The notes under the pieces were generated by a model. That model worked only from the letters and a program-made list of their open reading frames with translations, was not told the origin of the DNA and did no database searches. Position numbers and translations under genes: made by a program. This document shows positions 1 to 8,626 of a stretch of 59,081 bases of DNA, piece by piece. How positions within the stretch are numbered: position 1 is the stretch's first letter; each line of letters begins with the position of its first letter. The DNA is from a virus, in the IMG/VR virus record IMGVR_UViG_3300027652_000001, positions 1-59,081 of that record. One strand, given 5' to 3'.

Positions 1-99
1 AGCCCCGATCCGAACGCGCCAAAGAAGCCCGCGGCGTCCGAAGGTTCCGGCGGCCCATTCCGCTCGACTGAAGAGCAGGAGGCGATGCGCGACCGCGAG
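1..99. repeat. Left copy of an exact 99-bp terminal direct repeat (identical to 58983-59081). Either a circular-contig overlap or a short DTR.
   Basis: The string agccccgatccgaacgcgcc...gcgatgcgcgaccgcgag is read identically at both window ends. Confidence 0.95.
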
Positions 100-1434
100 G
101 AGAAGCGGAAGAACGCGCTCGAAATCGAGAAGTCCACTCGTGAGTACGAGGCTAAGAAAAAGGTCGACATCCTCCAGCGCCAAATTGAGCGGCAGCAGGA
201 TCAGCAGTACATTTCAGAAACTCTAAAGGCGCGAGACGCTGGAAATATCACCGAAGAGGAAGCTCAGTACCGTATCGGCAAAGGAGCGCCAGCGGATCGC
301 AAGCCCGAGCGCGGCGTGATGATAATGCCCAACGGTCAGAAGATTTATGGTGTCATCAGCCAGAAAGATCCGAATATTCTACTGATTCCGACAGGGGACC
401 CAAATAAACCGTCTCAACCGCTAGCGACTCCTGCGATGGGACGCCTGGCGACGGTCGAGGAGTATGAAAAGGAGTCCAAACCGCCAGCCAGCAGCGAGAA
501 GGCCAAGGATGACCAGCGGGCATTCGACGCTTACAAGGAACGTCATAACATCCCGACTGAACGGAAGCTAACAGCGTCCGAAGAACAGAAGGCGCTGGCT
601 GAAGGCAAGCAGGGCGAAGAATCTCCCGATACCAAAGCGCTGCGCGAGGCAACGCTGGAATCCACGCGTGAGCGAATCCGTAAAGAGCGCGAGGAGCGCA
701 GTACTACTCCCAAAGAAATCAATCCTGGCACCCGCGAATACCGCATCGCTCAAGATCTCGCGTACGGCCGGCTGACCATGCAGGAGTTCCGCTCGCTCAC
801 TGCCTACAGTCGCGACACGAATAAAAAAATGGACATCTACGACAAGGCTACGCAGTTGAACCCGGCGTTCAACCCAGCGACCTTTGAGATGGGCTACAAG
901 TTGGCCAGCAACCCGCGTGTCCAACAGCAACTCGCTTCCCTGGATAACGTCAAGATGGGTGTGGACGATCTATTGAAGGCGTCCGATGCTGCCACGCGAA
1001 CCGGCTCCACGCTGCTCAACAAGGCGGTCATCCCGGGCGGGATCGCAATTGGAAACAAAAAGTATTCGAACTTCGCCACAGCTCGCACCGCGTTCGCCGA
1101 TGAACTGTCCGGTGCTCTAGGCTATGGATCGGCGACAGATATGTCGCGGGAGATGGGCTTCAGCATGACGGACGCGAATCTGAGTCCTGAAGCGTTTCGC
1201 TCGGCGATTCAGGATATCGTCATGCCGTTCGTGGAGCGCAAGAAAGCCAGTTTGCTACATCAGATGGGTCCATACGGCGAGCAGGGCATGAATCCCTCAG
1301 CGAGCCCTGATGCCGGAGTGCAGCGGCCAGCCGGGGTTAAAACCGTCAACACAAAGGCTGATTATGATGCACTTCCGAAGGGTGCCAAGTACATCGACTC
1401 CCAGGACGGCAAAACGTACACCAAGAGCAAGTAA
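1..1434 (+). CDS. C-terminal 477 codons of a 571-aa ORF that starts at ATG 58701 and spans the junction. Virion-module protein, possibly an internal or ejection protein.
   Basis: Frame 1 is open from nt 1, so the ORF-track start at 85 is an internal Met. The N-terminal half is Lys/Glu/Arg-rich. The stop overlaps the next start (TAATG). Confidence 0.8.
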   Translation, partial: SPDPNAPKKPAASEGSGGPFRSTEEQEAMRDREEKRKNALEIEKSTREYEAKKKVDILQRQIERQQDQQYISETLKARDAGNITEEEAQYRIGKGAPADRKPERGVMIMPNGQKIYGVISQKDPNILLIPTGDPNKPSQPLATPAMGRLATVEEYEKESKPPASSEKAKDDQRAFDAYKERHNIPTERKLTASEEQKALAEGKQGEESPDTKALREATLESTRERIRKEREERSTTPKEINPGTREYRIAQDLAYGRLTMQEFRSLTAYSRDTNKKMDIYDKATQLNPAFNPATFEMGYKLASNPRVQQQLASLDNVKMGVDDLLKASDAATRTGSTLLNKAVIPGGIAIGNKKYSNFATARTAFADELSGALGYGSATDMSREMGFSMTDANLSPEAFRSAIQDIVMPFVERKKASLLHQMGPYGEQGMNPSASPDAGVQRPAGVKTVNTKADYDALPKGAKYIDSQDGKTYTKSK

Positions 1435-2876
1435 TGCCCAACAGATTCGGGGATGAACCGGAGGCCGCTACCGGGACGGTAAACCGTTTCGGTGATGCGT
1501 TGGCTGACGCTCCAAAGACCGCAGACAAACCCAACGCTCCCGAGATGGGATTCGGCCGTCGGATGCTTGAAACCGGCATCGGCATGGCGAAAGGGTTGGG
1601 CCACACCGCAATCGGGCTATCAGATGTCGGTCGGACAATCTCAGGCGGCGACTTCTTTGATCGCTTCAGGCCAGAACGAGCCAAGAAAGAAGAAGCGGAG
1701 GGGCGTCAAAGGGTTGAGTCGTTTCTAAAACCGTCCAACGCTTCGCAGGAAGCGGGCTATGGAGCAGAACAGATAGGCGAATTCTTTGTTCCAGTCCTTC
1801 CCGAAGTGAAGGCCGGAGCGACGGCAGGAAGACTGGGAAAAGCTCTCGTCGCAGCGGGCCGTACTGGCGTAGATGTCGGACTCAAGACATCCGCCCAGAC
1901 TGGAAGTTTGCAGGAGGGCGCAAAGTCCGGAGCTATTGCCGCTCCGGTTGGCGCAGCATTCGAGGCTTTGGCTCCGAACTTTGCCGGAGTTCTGAAGAAG
2001 TGGGCGCTTTCCCAATATGGAAAGGTTCTTCATCCGCTCGGAAACAAAGCGAAGGAAGTAGCCGAAGAACATATGTTGGACATCGTGAGTCGTGGCTATC
2101 GATCTGCTGCGGCGCTTACGAAGGAAGGATTGGCCGACAAACTTACAGCCCGATCCGATCAACTCGGAAAACAACTGGAAAACGAGTATGCCAGACTAGA
2201 TCCGATTGTGAAGACGAAGCTCGCGCCAATCTATAACGATCTGAGTGACTGGATCGATCGCAACGCCTTCACGAAGGCCGGAACGATCAAAGACGAGGCG
2301 GTGTTCAATGCCGGCCTCGAGAAAATGAAGTACATTCAGGATTCTCTCGGCCCGTACCTCGGAGACGCTTCTCCCTCGACTGTGCAGGAGGTTCGCAAGG
2401 CCCTCGATAAGTATGTCTACTCAAACGGTTTGACTGCCGACCAATCAGCCCAAGCGGGAGCTTGGGTCAGGAAGGCTACAGCGGACGCGATTCGCGGTCA
2501 GTTGAATAGCCAGCACGCGACTGTTGCCGCATTGAACAATGAATATCACTTGTTCCGCTCGGTCGCGGAACTGATGCAGCGGAACGTGCGAAGCGACATC
2601 GGAAAGCTGCACTTCGCGCGCAACACCGGCTTTGCGGCACGATTCCTGATGGGTGCGGCGCTCGGTGGCGGCGAAGCCCACCGGGAAGGTAGCGACGTCT
2701 GGGGTACAGCGAGCGCGGCAGCATTGGGCGGTCTAGCTATGCAAAGTACCGCTTGGCGCACGGTGTCAGCCATTTCCAAGTCAAAGATCGCCGATTTGAT
2801 TGTTTCCGGCAATGGTGAAGCGGCGGCTAATCTGGCAGCTAGGTTGACCGGGATCACTACAAGACCGTCGCAGTGA
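1434..2876 (+). CDS. Hypothetical virion-module protein (480 aa, Ala/Gly-rich)
   Basis: Long ORF with TAATG coupling to the upstream gene and GTGA coupling to the downstream gene. No recognisable motif. Confidence 0.8.
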   Translation: MPNRFGDEPEAATGTVNRFGDALADAPKTADKPNAPEMGFGRRMLETGIGMAKGLGHTAIGLSDVGRTISGGDFFDRFRPERAKKEEAEGRQRVESFLKPSNASQEAGYGAEQIGEFFVPVLPEVKAGATAGRLGKALVAAGRTGVDVGLKTSAQTGSLQEGAKSGAIAAPVGAAFEALAPNFAGVLKKWALSQYGKVLHPLGNKAKEVAEEHMLDIVSRGYRSAAALTKEGLADKLTARSDQLGKQLENEYARLDPIVKTKLAPIYNDLSDWIDRNAFTKAGTIKDEAVFNAGLEKMKYIQDSLGPYLGDASPSTVQEVRKALDKYVYSNGLTADQSAQAGAWVRKATADAIRGQLNSQHATVAALNNEYHLFRSVAELMQRNVRSDIGKLHFARNTGFAARFLMGAALGGGEAHREGSDVWGTASAAALGGLAMQSTAWRTVSAISKSKIADLIVSGNGEAAANLAARLTGITTRPSQ

Positions 2877-3625
2877 CAATCACCGCCTCCGCTCTCGCCC
2901 GGTTCTACCGATGCGGAGAACTGTACCGCCTGGCCTCCGAGGGCGTACCGCTGCCTCCCACCACGCGCCAATGCGTCAGCCGTGCCGTGCGCCGGGCCAT
3001 CCAAGCGGACCTCCAGTCCAAGATGGACACCGGAGCGCTGCTCGCAACGCCGGACGCGCGCAGGGGGCTGGAATCCGCCGTGCGTGCCCATCTGGCGGGC
3101 GATGTCTACCTGACGGACGCCGAGGCCGCGGCCGGGAACCGGCGCATCTTTGAAACCGTGATGCTCAGTGCCCAGCGGGTGTACCTGATGCACCGGGCGG
3201 TCGTGGCGCCGAAGATCCAACCAGCGGCGCTCTCCCGGCCCTTCGAGTTGGTCATCGGCGAGCACTCGGTTACCGGCATCATCGAGATTGAGGAGCCGAC
3301 CGGCACACGTGCGACGAAGGTTCGGGCCCGGCGCCCAGAGGAAGGCGAGGCTTCGCGCGACCTGTCGCTGGCTATCCAAGCGCTGGCTTTGGAACAGATG
3401 GACGGTACGCCGCCCAGCGAAGCCACGGTCGATTACCTGATCGAGGCTAAGGAACTCGCTTACGTTCGTCAGACGGTGGAGTTTGAGGGTGGGATGCTCG
3501 CTGCTGCTGAGTCGAGAGTGAAGGCTGCTCTCCAGGCGATAGAGCAAGGGGCGTTCGTTCCGGTAGACTCGCAGGCGTGGTACTGCAGGTCGTGTCAGCT
3601 TCGCCCGGTGTGCCGCTATGTGTGA
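2873..3625 (+). CDS. Cas4-like / RecB-family PD-(D/E)XK nuclease with a putative 4Fe-4S cysteine cluster
   Basis: One N-terminal Cys (FYRCGELY) plus a C-terminal C-x2-C-x5-C (YCRSCQLRPVCRY). A central acidic beta-strand motif (GIIEIEE ... DYLIEAK) is present. GTG start overlaps the upstream stop. Confidence 0.55.
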   Translation: MTITASALARFYRCGELYRLASEGVPLPPTTRQCVSRAVRRAIQADLQSKMDTGALLATPDARRGLESAVRAHLAGDVYLTDAEAAAGNRRIFETVMLSAQRVYLMHRAVVAPKIQPAALSRPFELVIGEHSVTGIIEIEEPTGTRATKVRARRPEEGEASRDLSLAIQALALEQMDGTPPSEATVDYLIEAKELAYVRQTVEFEGGMLAAAESRVKAALQAIEQGAFVPVDSQAWYCRSCQLRPVCRYV

Positions 3626-3860
3626 TATCCACGATGTCCGGAGATTCGATGCCGCCGAGATTTGACAACGCATTTTCGCAGCAATCCCTTATCTGGTAGA
3701 TCTCTTTGTGAATACCCTTGGCGTATTCAAAGGCTACCCCGAGTGTCCGATTATTGGCGTAGGGATTTTGTCTGGCGATTTGGTTGAGAGTCGTTAGCAA
3801 TCTATCGCAAAAATCATCGATTTTAGCAGCACTGCCGAGAATGCCGTAGGATCCTCTCAT
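3447..3860 (-). CDS. Hypothetical protein (137 aa). The 3' part overlaps the convergent Cas4-like gene.
   Basis: The first ~80 aa look protein-like (MRGSYGILGSAAKIDDFCDRLLTTLNQIARQ...). The C-terminal ~55 aa are low-complexity and antisense to 2873-3625. A TATAAT box lies 5 nt upstream of the ATG. Confidence 0.45.
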   Translation of the reverse strand: MRGSYGILGSAAKIDDFCDRLLTTLNQIARQNPYANNRTLGVAFEYAKGIHKEIYQIRDCCENALSNLGGIESPDIVDITHSGTPGEADTTCSTTPASLPERTPLALSPGEQPSLSTQQQRASHPQTPPSDERKRVP

Positions 3861-3864
3861 TGGA

Positions 3865-3885
3865 AATTATATACTTGACTACCTT
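3865..3885. repeat. Left arm of a perfect 21-bp inverted repeat (aattatatacttgactacctt). Contains a TATATAAT box on the minus strand just upstream of the gene at 3860.
   Basis: The reverse complement occurs exactly at 4621-4641. A partial third copy (gggaattatatactt) is at 11058-11072. Confidence 0.9.
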
Positions 3886-3900
3886 CGCAGGCGCTCCATT

Positions 3901-4590
3901 TCAAACTGTGCTACTGCACTCCGCTACGCGTTTGTACGGGATGAATTCGCCATCGTTGCTCACGTAGCCGTAGTGCTGGATAACGTGAGGCTGGCCGTCA
4001 CTGCGGGCCTTGTGTTGAGCTTCGTGTATTTCGTAATCGAGCGATTCCCACTCACGCCCAGGCATTCTCTTGTACCAAACACCGCGAAGTTGTTTAGTTT
4101 CGTATGCGTCCTGATTGTAGACCGGATAATGCCACGGTCCTTTCGGACCGAACCAGCACCAGCCATCCGTGACCTCCTTAGCTTCTACGTTACTCTCGCG
4201 ATACCAAGAAAGACCATATGGCGTTGCAGGGAATCGAGGCTTAGCAGGCCGCACCACCCAAGCGGTGAAACGGTGCGGAGGAAGACAAGGTTTCCCATCC
4301 GAAAATAGCGCTACTTCGACCGGCTGCCCAAGCGGTGGAGGATTTGAGACGGGGTTCCAACAGCGTGGCAAGGAGGAATCCCAGAAGTCAACGCCAAGTC
4401 CAATTTCACAACTTTCATTAATCGGGTCCTGAAATGGAAGTTGAACAATGGCTTCCAGGATTTGCCCGATCTCGAACGTCTCAACCGCTCTTTTTGAGAG
4501 TTGATAGACCGGCGCTGGTGTGACTGCTTTGGTATGCACGCGATGGTTAGCGTGGTCCACTTTAGTTACTTCAAGTTGCAATCTCATCAT
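3901..4590 (-). CDS. Hypothetical protein (229 aa, Trp/Pro-rich)
   Basis: ORF preceded by a strong SD (gaaggaga) 7 nt upstream of the ATG. Bracketed by the 21-bp inverted repeat. Confidence 0.8.
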   Translation of the reverse strand: MMRLQLEVTKVDHANHRVHTKAVTPAPVYQLSKRAVETFEIGQILEAIVQLPFQDPINESCEIGLGVDFWDSSLPRCWNPVSNPPPLGQPVEVALFSDGKPCLPPHRFTAWVVRPAKPRFPATPYGLSWYRESNVEAKEVTDGWCWFGPKGPWHYPVYNQDAYETKQLRGVWYKRMPGREWESLDYEIHEAQHKARSDGQPHVIQHYGYVSNDGEFIPYKRVAECSSTV

Positions 4591-4612
4591 GATGTTTCTC
4601 CTTCTTCGGGAT

Positions 4613-4641
4613 TTGTCAATAAGGTAGTCAAGTATATAATT
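4613..4641 (+). promoter_or_regulatory. Right arm of the 21-bp inverted repeat (4621-4641). On the plus strand it forms a sigma70-like promoter: TTGTCA, 16-nt spacer, TATAAT.
   Basis: TTGTCA at 4613-4618 and TATAAT at 4635-4640. It points into the antisense of gene 4648-4962. Confidence 0.4.
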
Positions 4642-4647
4642 CCCCTC

Positions 4648-4962
4648 TCATTCGGTGCTCTCCTCTCCGCTGTTCCCCGCCGTGAACATTGCCACGATCT
4701 CCCGCTCGATCTGCTCGTCGGTGAACCCCATTGCTCGCAAGCGGGCGCGCAGCACGTCCGACTCCTCGCCTTCCATCTCCAGCAGCGCGTTCGCGTAACT
4801 TGACACTGCCTCGGGACCGAGCGGTTTTTCTGGACCGGAGGGCGCTGCGGGGATCTCCGTGAGGCGCAGGAGCGATTGCGCGATGGACTCCAGCGCGATC
4901 CGGCAATCGTGCAACTCGATGATCAACTCGCGATTGTCGGCGTGCAGTTCAAGGAGAGTCAT
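4648..4962 (-). CDS. Hypothetical acidic protein (104 aa)
   Basis: ORF with plausible composition. ATGA-type overlap with the upstream gene. Confidence 0.75.
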   Translation of the reverse strand: MTLLELHADNRELIIELHDCRIALESIAQSLLRLTEIPAAPSGPEKPLGPEAVSSYANALLEMEGEESDVLRARLRAMGFTDEQIEREIVAMFTAGNSGEESTE

Positions 4963-5621
4963 CGTTTTTTGTGGTGGCCGTGATCGGAACCTCCGCCTTG
5001 TAACACACTCTTGATGACCGAAACCCTCCCGGGAGCAATGGTCGGATCCCGCTTCTCGGTCGCCAAGTCAACCGCCTCATCGGTCTTGCTCTGCTGCCAG
5101 CGCTGGGCCTCCGCGCGCTCGGTTTCCTCTGTAGATTCGATGACCGCTCCTGGTGCCTTGCCATCCGCCCACGCTTGCGGTTCAGCGATCACCACGGCGG
5201 GCGGCTCCACAGCCGGTTCTGTTCGGCTCCCCGGCTTCGTACGAACGTCTACCAGCTCGCCGGTTGGGGTGCGCATCGTCTCCACGGTGCCTTGTTCGGC
5301 CAGTCGCCTAAGGTCCTGGGGATCCGCCTCGCGCCCGTACAAGGGTGAATTCTCGACCAACTCAACCGCTTGCTCCATCACTGGGCAGTACACCGCGCCG
5401 TCGATCTCGTACGTGATGTCCGGATCAGGTTTCGGTTCACCTGCGCCGGCCGCGTGGTAGGGCGTGAGCTTCACAGACACCTGATAGCGAATCAGCGGGA
5501 ACGCGCGTGCCATGTTTAGCGCATTGTCCTCCATCATGCAAGCGAGCACGCGCTGTGACATGATCTTTTTGATCTCGTTACCGTCCACGGCCCGGTATAC
5601 CTTCTTTGTTTCGAAACTCAA
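4959..5621 (-). CDS. Hypothetical protein (220 aa)
   Basis: ORF whose 4-nt overlaps chain it to both neighbours. Confidence 0.8.
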   Translation of the reverse strand: MSFETKKVYRAVDGNEIKKIMSQRVLACMMEDNALNMARAFPLIRYQVSVKLTPYHAAGAGEPKPDPDITYEIDGAVYCPVMEQAVELVENSPLYGREADPQDLRRLAEQGTVETMRTPTGELVDVRTKPGSRTEPAVEPPAVVIAEPQAWADGKAPGAVIESTEETERAEAQRWQQSKTDEAVDLATEKRDPTIAPGRVSVIKSVLQGGGSDHGHHKKR

Positions 5622-5863
5622 GTGTTACTCCTTGTTATTTCAAAGACCTTTCGATCCGATTCCATCGCGTCTGCACAGGCCAGCGCCTCTTTAATTTGAT
5701 CGTCGCTTGGAATGTTCTTGCCGTGTAGACAGCGAAGTCTGCACCATTCACGGATGGTCCCGGGAGCCGCTACATCGCGCGCCAGCAGAACAAAAGTCAT
5801 CTCCGTGGAATATGCGCGGTTAATGCAACTGTTGGGATTGCTCAATTCCTCTGCTTTCCTCAC
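5618..5863 (-). CDS. Hypothetical protein (81 aa)
   Basis: ORF, translationally coupled on both sides. Confidence 0.75.
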   Translation of the reverse strand: MRKAEELSNPNSCINRAYSTEMTFVLLARDVAAPGTIREWCRLRCLHGKNIPSDDQIKEALACADAMESDRKVFEITRSNT

Positions 5864-6579
5864 CGCTTTCTCCTCAAGTTCTCCGCGGCCTTGGCGCGCT
5901 CCTCCACAATTCCCGGCAGCGTTTCGCGTGCGTAGCGGGTCCAGTACTCGTTGTCAATTTCCTTCCAAAGTAGCCGCGCGTTGCCGCGCGCCAAACCGCG
6001 CACAGCCATCGTCACAGCCTTGACGACTTGCAGCAGGCCTTCCCAGCGGGTCAAACGAAGTGCGGGCAGGTGCTCAACGGGAATCGTGACCTCGTGGTAG
6101 CGGGACTTGCTCCAGCGCACTTTGATTGCGACCGTCACGAGCGGGAAATCCTTGCGCGGAGGTTGTTCGAAGAACCAAGCGCGGAACAGGCACATCCTCC
6201 GCTGCATGTCCGTCTTATCCGGGATGTACGTCGCGTGCAACTCGCCACGCTCTGCCATGTCCTCCAGTTGAGCCATGCGCCGACACAGCGCCGGACCCGG
6301 AGTGAACGCCCCCTTGCACAGTGACCCGAAGGCCGACATACCGATCCCGAGCAGCGCGACTACTCGCGATCGCGGCAACTTGACCTTTTCTTCCAGCCCC
6401 GCGATCCGCTCGGAAGGCCACTCCGCGACGATCTCGCGGAACTCGTTTGAGAACATTTTGGCCTTTTCGCTCGCTAACATCGGCACATCAACAATGCCTT
6501 TCCCCTTCAACTGGCGTCTGAGAACCCCTGGACGGGCTACGGTATAAGCCCAATCGCGCTTTGCAACCCGAAGATCCAC
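5860..6579 (-). CDS. Hypothetical protein (239 aa)
   Basis: ORF, coupled to the downstream gene. Confidence 0.8.
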   Translation of the reverse strand: MDLRVAKRDWAYTVARPGVLRRQLKGKGIVDVPMLASEKAKMFSNEFREIVAEWPSERIAGLEEKVKLPRSRVVALLGIGMSAFGSLCKGAFTPGPALCRRMAQLEDMAERGELHATYIPDKTDMQRRMCLFRAWFFEQPPRKDFPLVTVAIKVRWSKSRYHEVTIPVEHLPALRLTRWEGLLQVVKAVTMAVRGLARGNARLLWKEIDNEYWTRYARETLPGIVEERAKAAENLRRKR

Positions 6580-6597
6580 ACCGCAATCGTAGCAACA

Positions 6598-7869
6598 TCA
6601 CATCCCGTCAATAGCTTTGCAGATCTCGGCCACATCCCAATCTGTCGGGCTGAGGCTCCGGTATAGCTTCACGTTGCGCCCGTAGAACGCGGTCGTGGTG
6701 GCGGGTGGAAGCCCGAATTTCCAGTCGGACCGCAGCGGCAGTAGGATCAGCGTCGGGATTCCCAGGCTCGCTGCCAAGTGCGCAATAGCAGTATCGACGG
6801 TCACGATCAGTCGGCACTTCAACATGGTGAGCGCGGTGTGCTCCCAGTCCACGAGCAGCGAGTCGTCTTGCGTCACTCCGCGGGGAGCTTGGGAGACGCC
6901 CTCCCGGTGCATGTGCTTTCCCGATGGGACTAGCCCGACGACGCGCTCGCAGTTGGCCGCGAGGTGTTTGCCCACCCGGCTAGCGGTGAGCCTGTCCAGC
7001 GAGCGGATCTGGCGCATGACTCCGTTCTCTTCGGCCCGCCAGCAGAAACCGATCCAATCATTGGGCGGCGCCACGAGCCGGCCGCGCGGTTCCCAGTCGA
7101 GAGGAGGCGGGATGTCGGCCCACGTCTTCATGCTGTGGACCATCAGAGAAAGGTATGGAGTGCAGTGCGTGTACTGGGCGAGTTCGTCGTACTTGAACTT
7201 ATGTGAAATCGGTAGAACTCTAGGGAGCGTGTCACCGGTAGACAACCTCCTCCTGAAAACATGGCTGGTATATTCGAACATGCTATCCCACACCAGAATC
7301 GTAATCTGTGCGGCAGGCAACCACTCGATCCACCGCAAAAAGTTGAACCCATCGCCGAACCCACCCTCCGGCAGCACGAGCAACCGAGCGTCCGGCTCTC
7401 CCTTCCACGCGTGCAATCCCTGAAACGGCGTCCAAGTCTTGTTCAAACGGGCAGCTTCCCAGATGGGCCAGACGAATTGAAACTGCCCCAATCGCATCAA
7501 GGAGTATGCGAAGCCCAGCAGCGGTTCCCCTGCAGAGGAAACCGGAACGCCTGATTTTTCGATGCACTCTAGCGCACGCTGAAAGTATGGCGGCGCCTTA
7601 TCAAACTCTCCTAGGTCCTCGGAGATCTGCCCGAGGTTGGACCACGCTTCTGGGCGCGACAGATCCAGCGACATCGCCCGATGAAGCGTTTCCTTCGCTT
7701 CGAGGATCCGCCCCACCCCGCGTTGCGCCGCGGCGTAGTTGACCAGCGCTCCGTATGTGGGCGACTTATCGGCTTCGCGGCGAAGGATTGGAAGCGCCTT
7801 GCGCGGCTCGAACGCGGCGAGGTGCTGAAGTGCCTTTGAGCTCAATCTACTTCCACCTCGTACCACCAA
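6598..7869 (-). CDS. TPR-repeat protein fused to a GT-B glycosyltransferase domain (GT9 / heptosyltransferase-like)
   Basis: N-terminal TPR-type helices (EAKETLHRAMSLDLSRPEAWSNLGQISEDLGEFDKAPPYFQRALE). C-terminal motif VTVDTAIAHLAASLGIPTLILLP is typical of GT9-like nucleotide-sugar transferases. The start is uncertain; a TTG at 7845 overlaps the upstream stop. Confidence 0.6.
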   Translation of the reverse strand: MVVRGGSRLSSKALQHLAAFEPRKALPILRREADKSPTYGALVNYAAAQRGVGRILEAKETLHRAMSLDLSRPEAWSNLGQISEDLGEFDKAPPYFQRALECIEKSGVPVSSAGEPLLGFAYSLMRLGQFQFVWPIWEAARLNKTWTPFQGLHAWKGEPDARLLVLPEGGFGDGFNFLRWIEWLPAAQITILVWDSMFEYTSHVFRRRLSTGDTLPRVLPISHKFKYDELAQYTHCTPYLSLMVHSMKTWADIPPPLDWEPRGRLVAPPNDWIGFCWRAEENGVMRQIRSLDRLTASRVGKHLAANCERVVGLVPSGKHMHREGVSQAPRGVTQDDSLLVDWEHTALTMLKCRLIVTVDTAIAHLAASLGIPTLILLPLRSDWKFGLPPATTTAFYGRNVKLYRSLSPTDWDVAEICKAIDGM

Positions 7870-8072
7870 CGATTAGGCTCGTTTTTTACGACCATAAATC
7901 TGCGAGAGTCTTCGGGTAACCGAGGGTCAGCAAGGCAATCGTCGATATATTCTTGCTCCGTTGCCACGCGCTTCACTCTTGCGGGGATAGTCCTCTGGTT
8001 GGATCCGTATTCAAATTCAGGCAGATCTACGACGCTGCCGATTATTCGAGGCTCCAAAGATTCCACTATCAT
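7842..8072 (-). CDS. Hypothetical protein (76 aa)
   Basis: ATG 8072 overlaps the stop of the methyltransferase gene (ATGA). The longer ORF-track start at 8126 would overlap that gene. Confidence 0.65.
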   Translation of the reverse strand: MIVESLEPRIIGSVVDLPEFEYGSNQRTIPARVKRVATEQEYIDDCLADPRLPEDSRRFMVVKNEPNRWWYEVEVD

Positions 8073-8626
8073 ATGCTCCCCCAGTAGATAACTTCCGATC
8101 CGTCGAACAGAGCTTGCGGAGTGCATCCGATGTGAGTCGACATGAAGCCGTCAACCGCCCGCTGAATTCCCGGATGCGTCTCGTAATCGTCCAAGACAAC
8201 GACGCCACCGTTCACCAAATGGTGGGACAGCCAATCCAGCGCACACTTCGCAGACAGGTACAGGTCGCAATCCAAGTACGCCAGGACCACGCGGGCATTC
8301 TTGATGTCTCGCAAGGTTTCTTCGAAGCGGCCGACGACCGGCATGACGTTGGGGTAGCCACTCAGCACTTCGAAGATCTCCGCTTGCGGCTTGAACTTTC
8401 CCGGAGCATCGATATCCAGCCCCTCGATGTAATCCTCCGCTGGGATTCCCTGGAACGTATCGAACGCCCAAACGAATCGGTTCAACTGAGCCAGTTGCAC
8501 CGTAGTGGCCCCGGCATAGACGCCGAACTCGCAGATGTCTCCCGGGATGTGCTTGCGTTCTTCCAGCAGACGCGTTATTGTCGCCATGTGGGAACCAAGG
8601 ATTTCGATTTCAGCCACGCTCGTCAA
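8069..8626 (-). CDS. Class I SAM-dependent methyltransferase, TylF / macrocin-O-methyltransferase-like
   Basis: SAM motif GDICEFGVYAGATT and the TylF-type VLAYLDCDLYLSAKCALDWLSHHLVNGGVVVLDDYE. Confidence 0.75.
   Translation of the reverse strand: MTSVAEIEILGSHMATITRLLEERKHIPGDICEFGVYAGATTVQLAQLNRFVWAFDTFQGIPAEDYIEGLDIDAPGKFKPQAEIFEVLSGYPNVMPVVGRFEETLRDIKNARVVLAYLDCDLYLSAKCALDWLSHHLVNGGVVVLDDYETHPGIQRAVDGFMSTHIGCTPQALFDGSEVIYWGSI

Noticed and set aside
2546-3673. 375-aa minus-strand ORF antisense to 1434-2876 and 2873-3625
   Set aside because: Its Arg/Pro/Ser/Leu-rich composition is typical of an open antisense frame in GC-rich coding DNA. It fully overlaps better-supported plus-strand genes that are translationally coupled.
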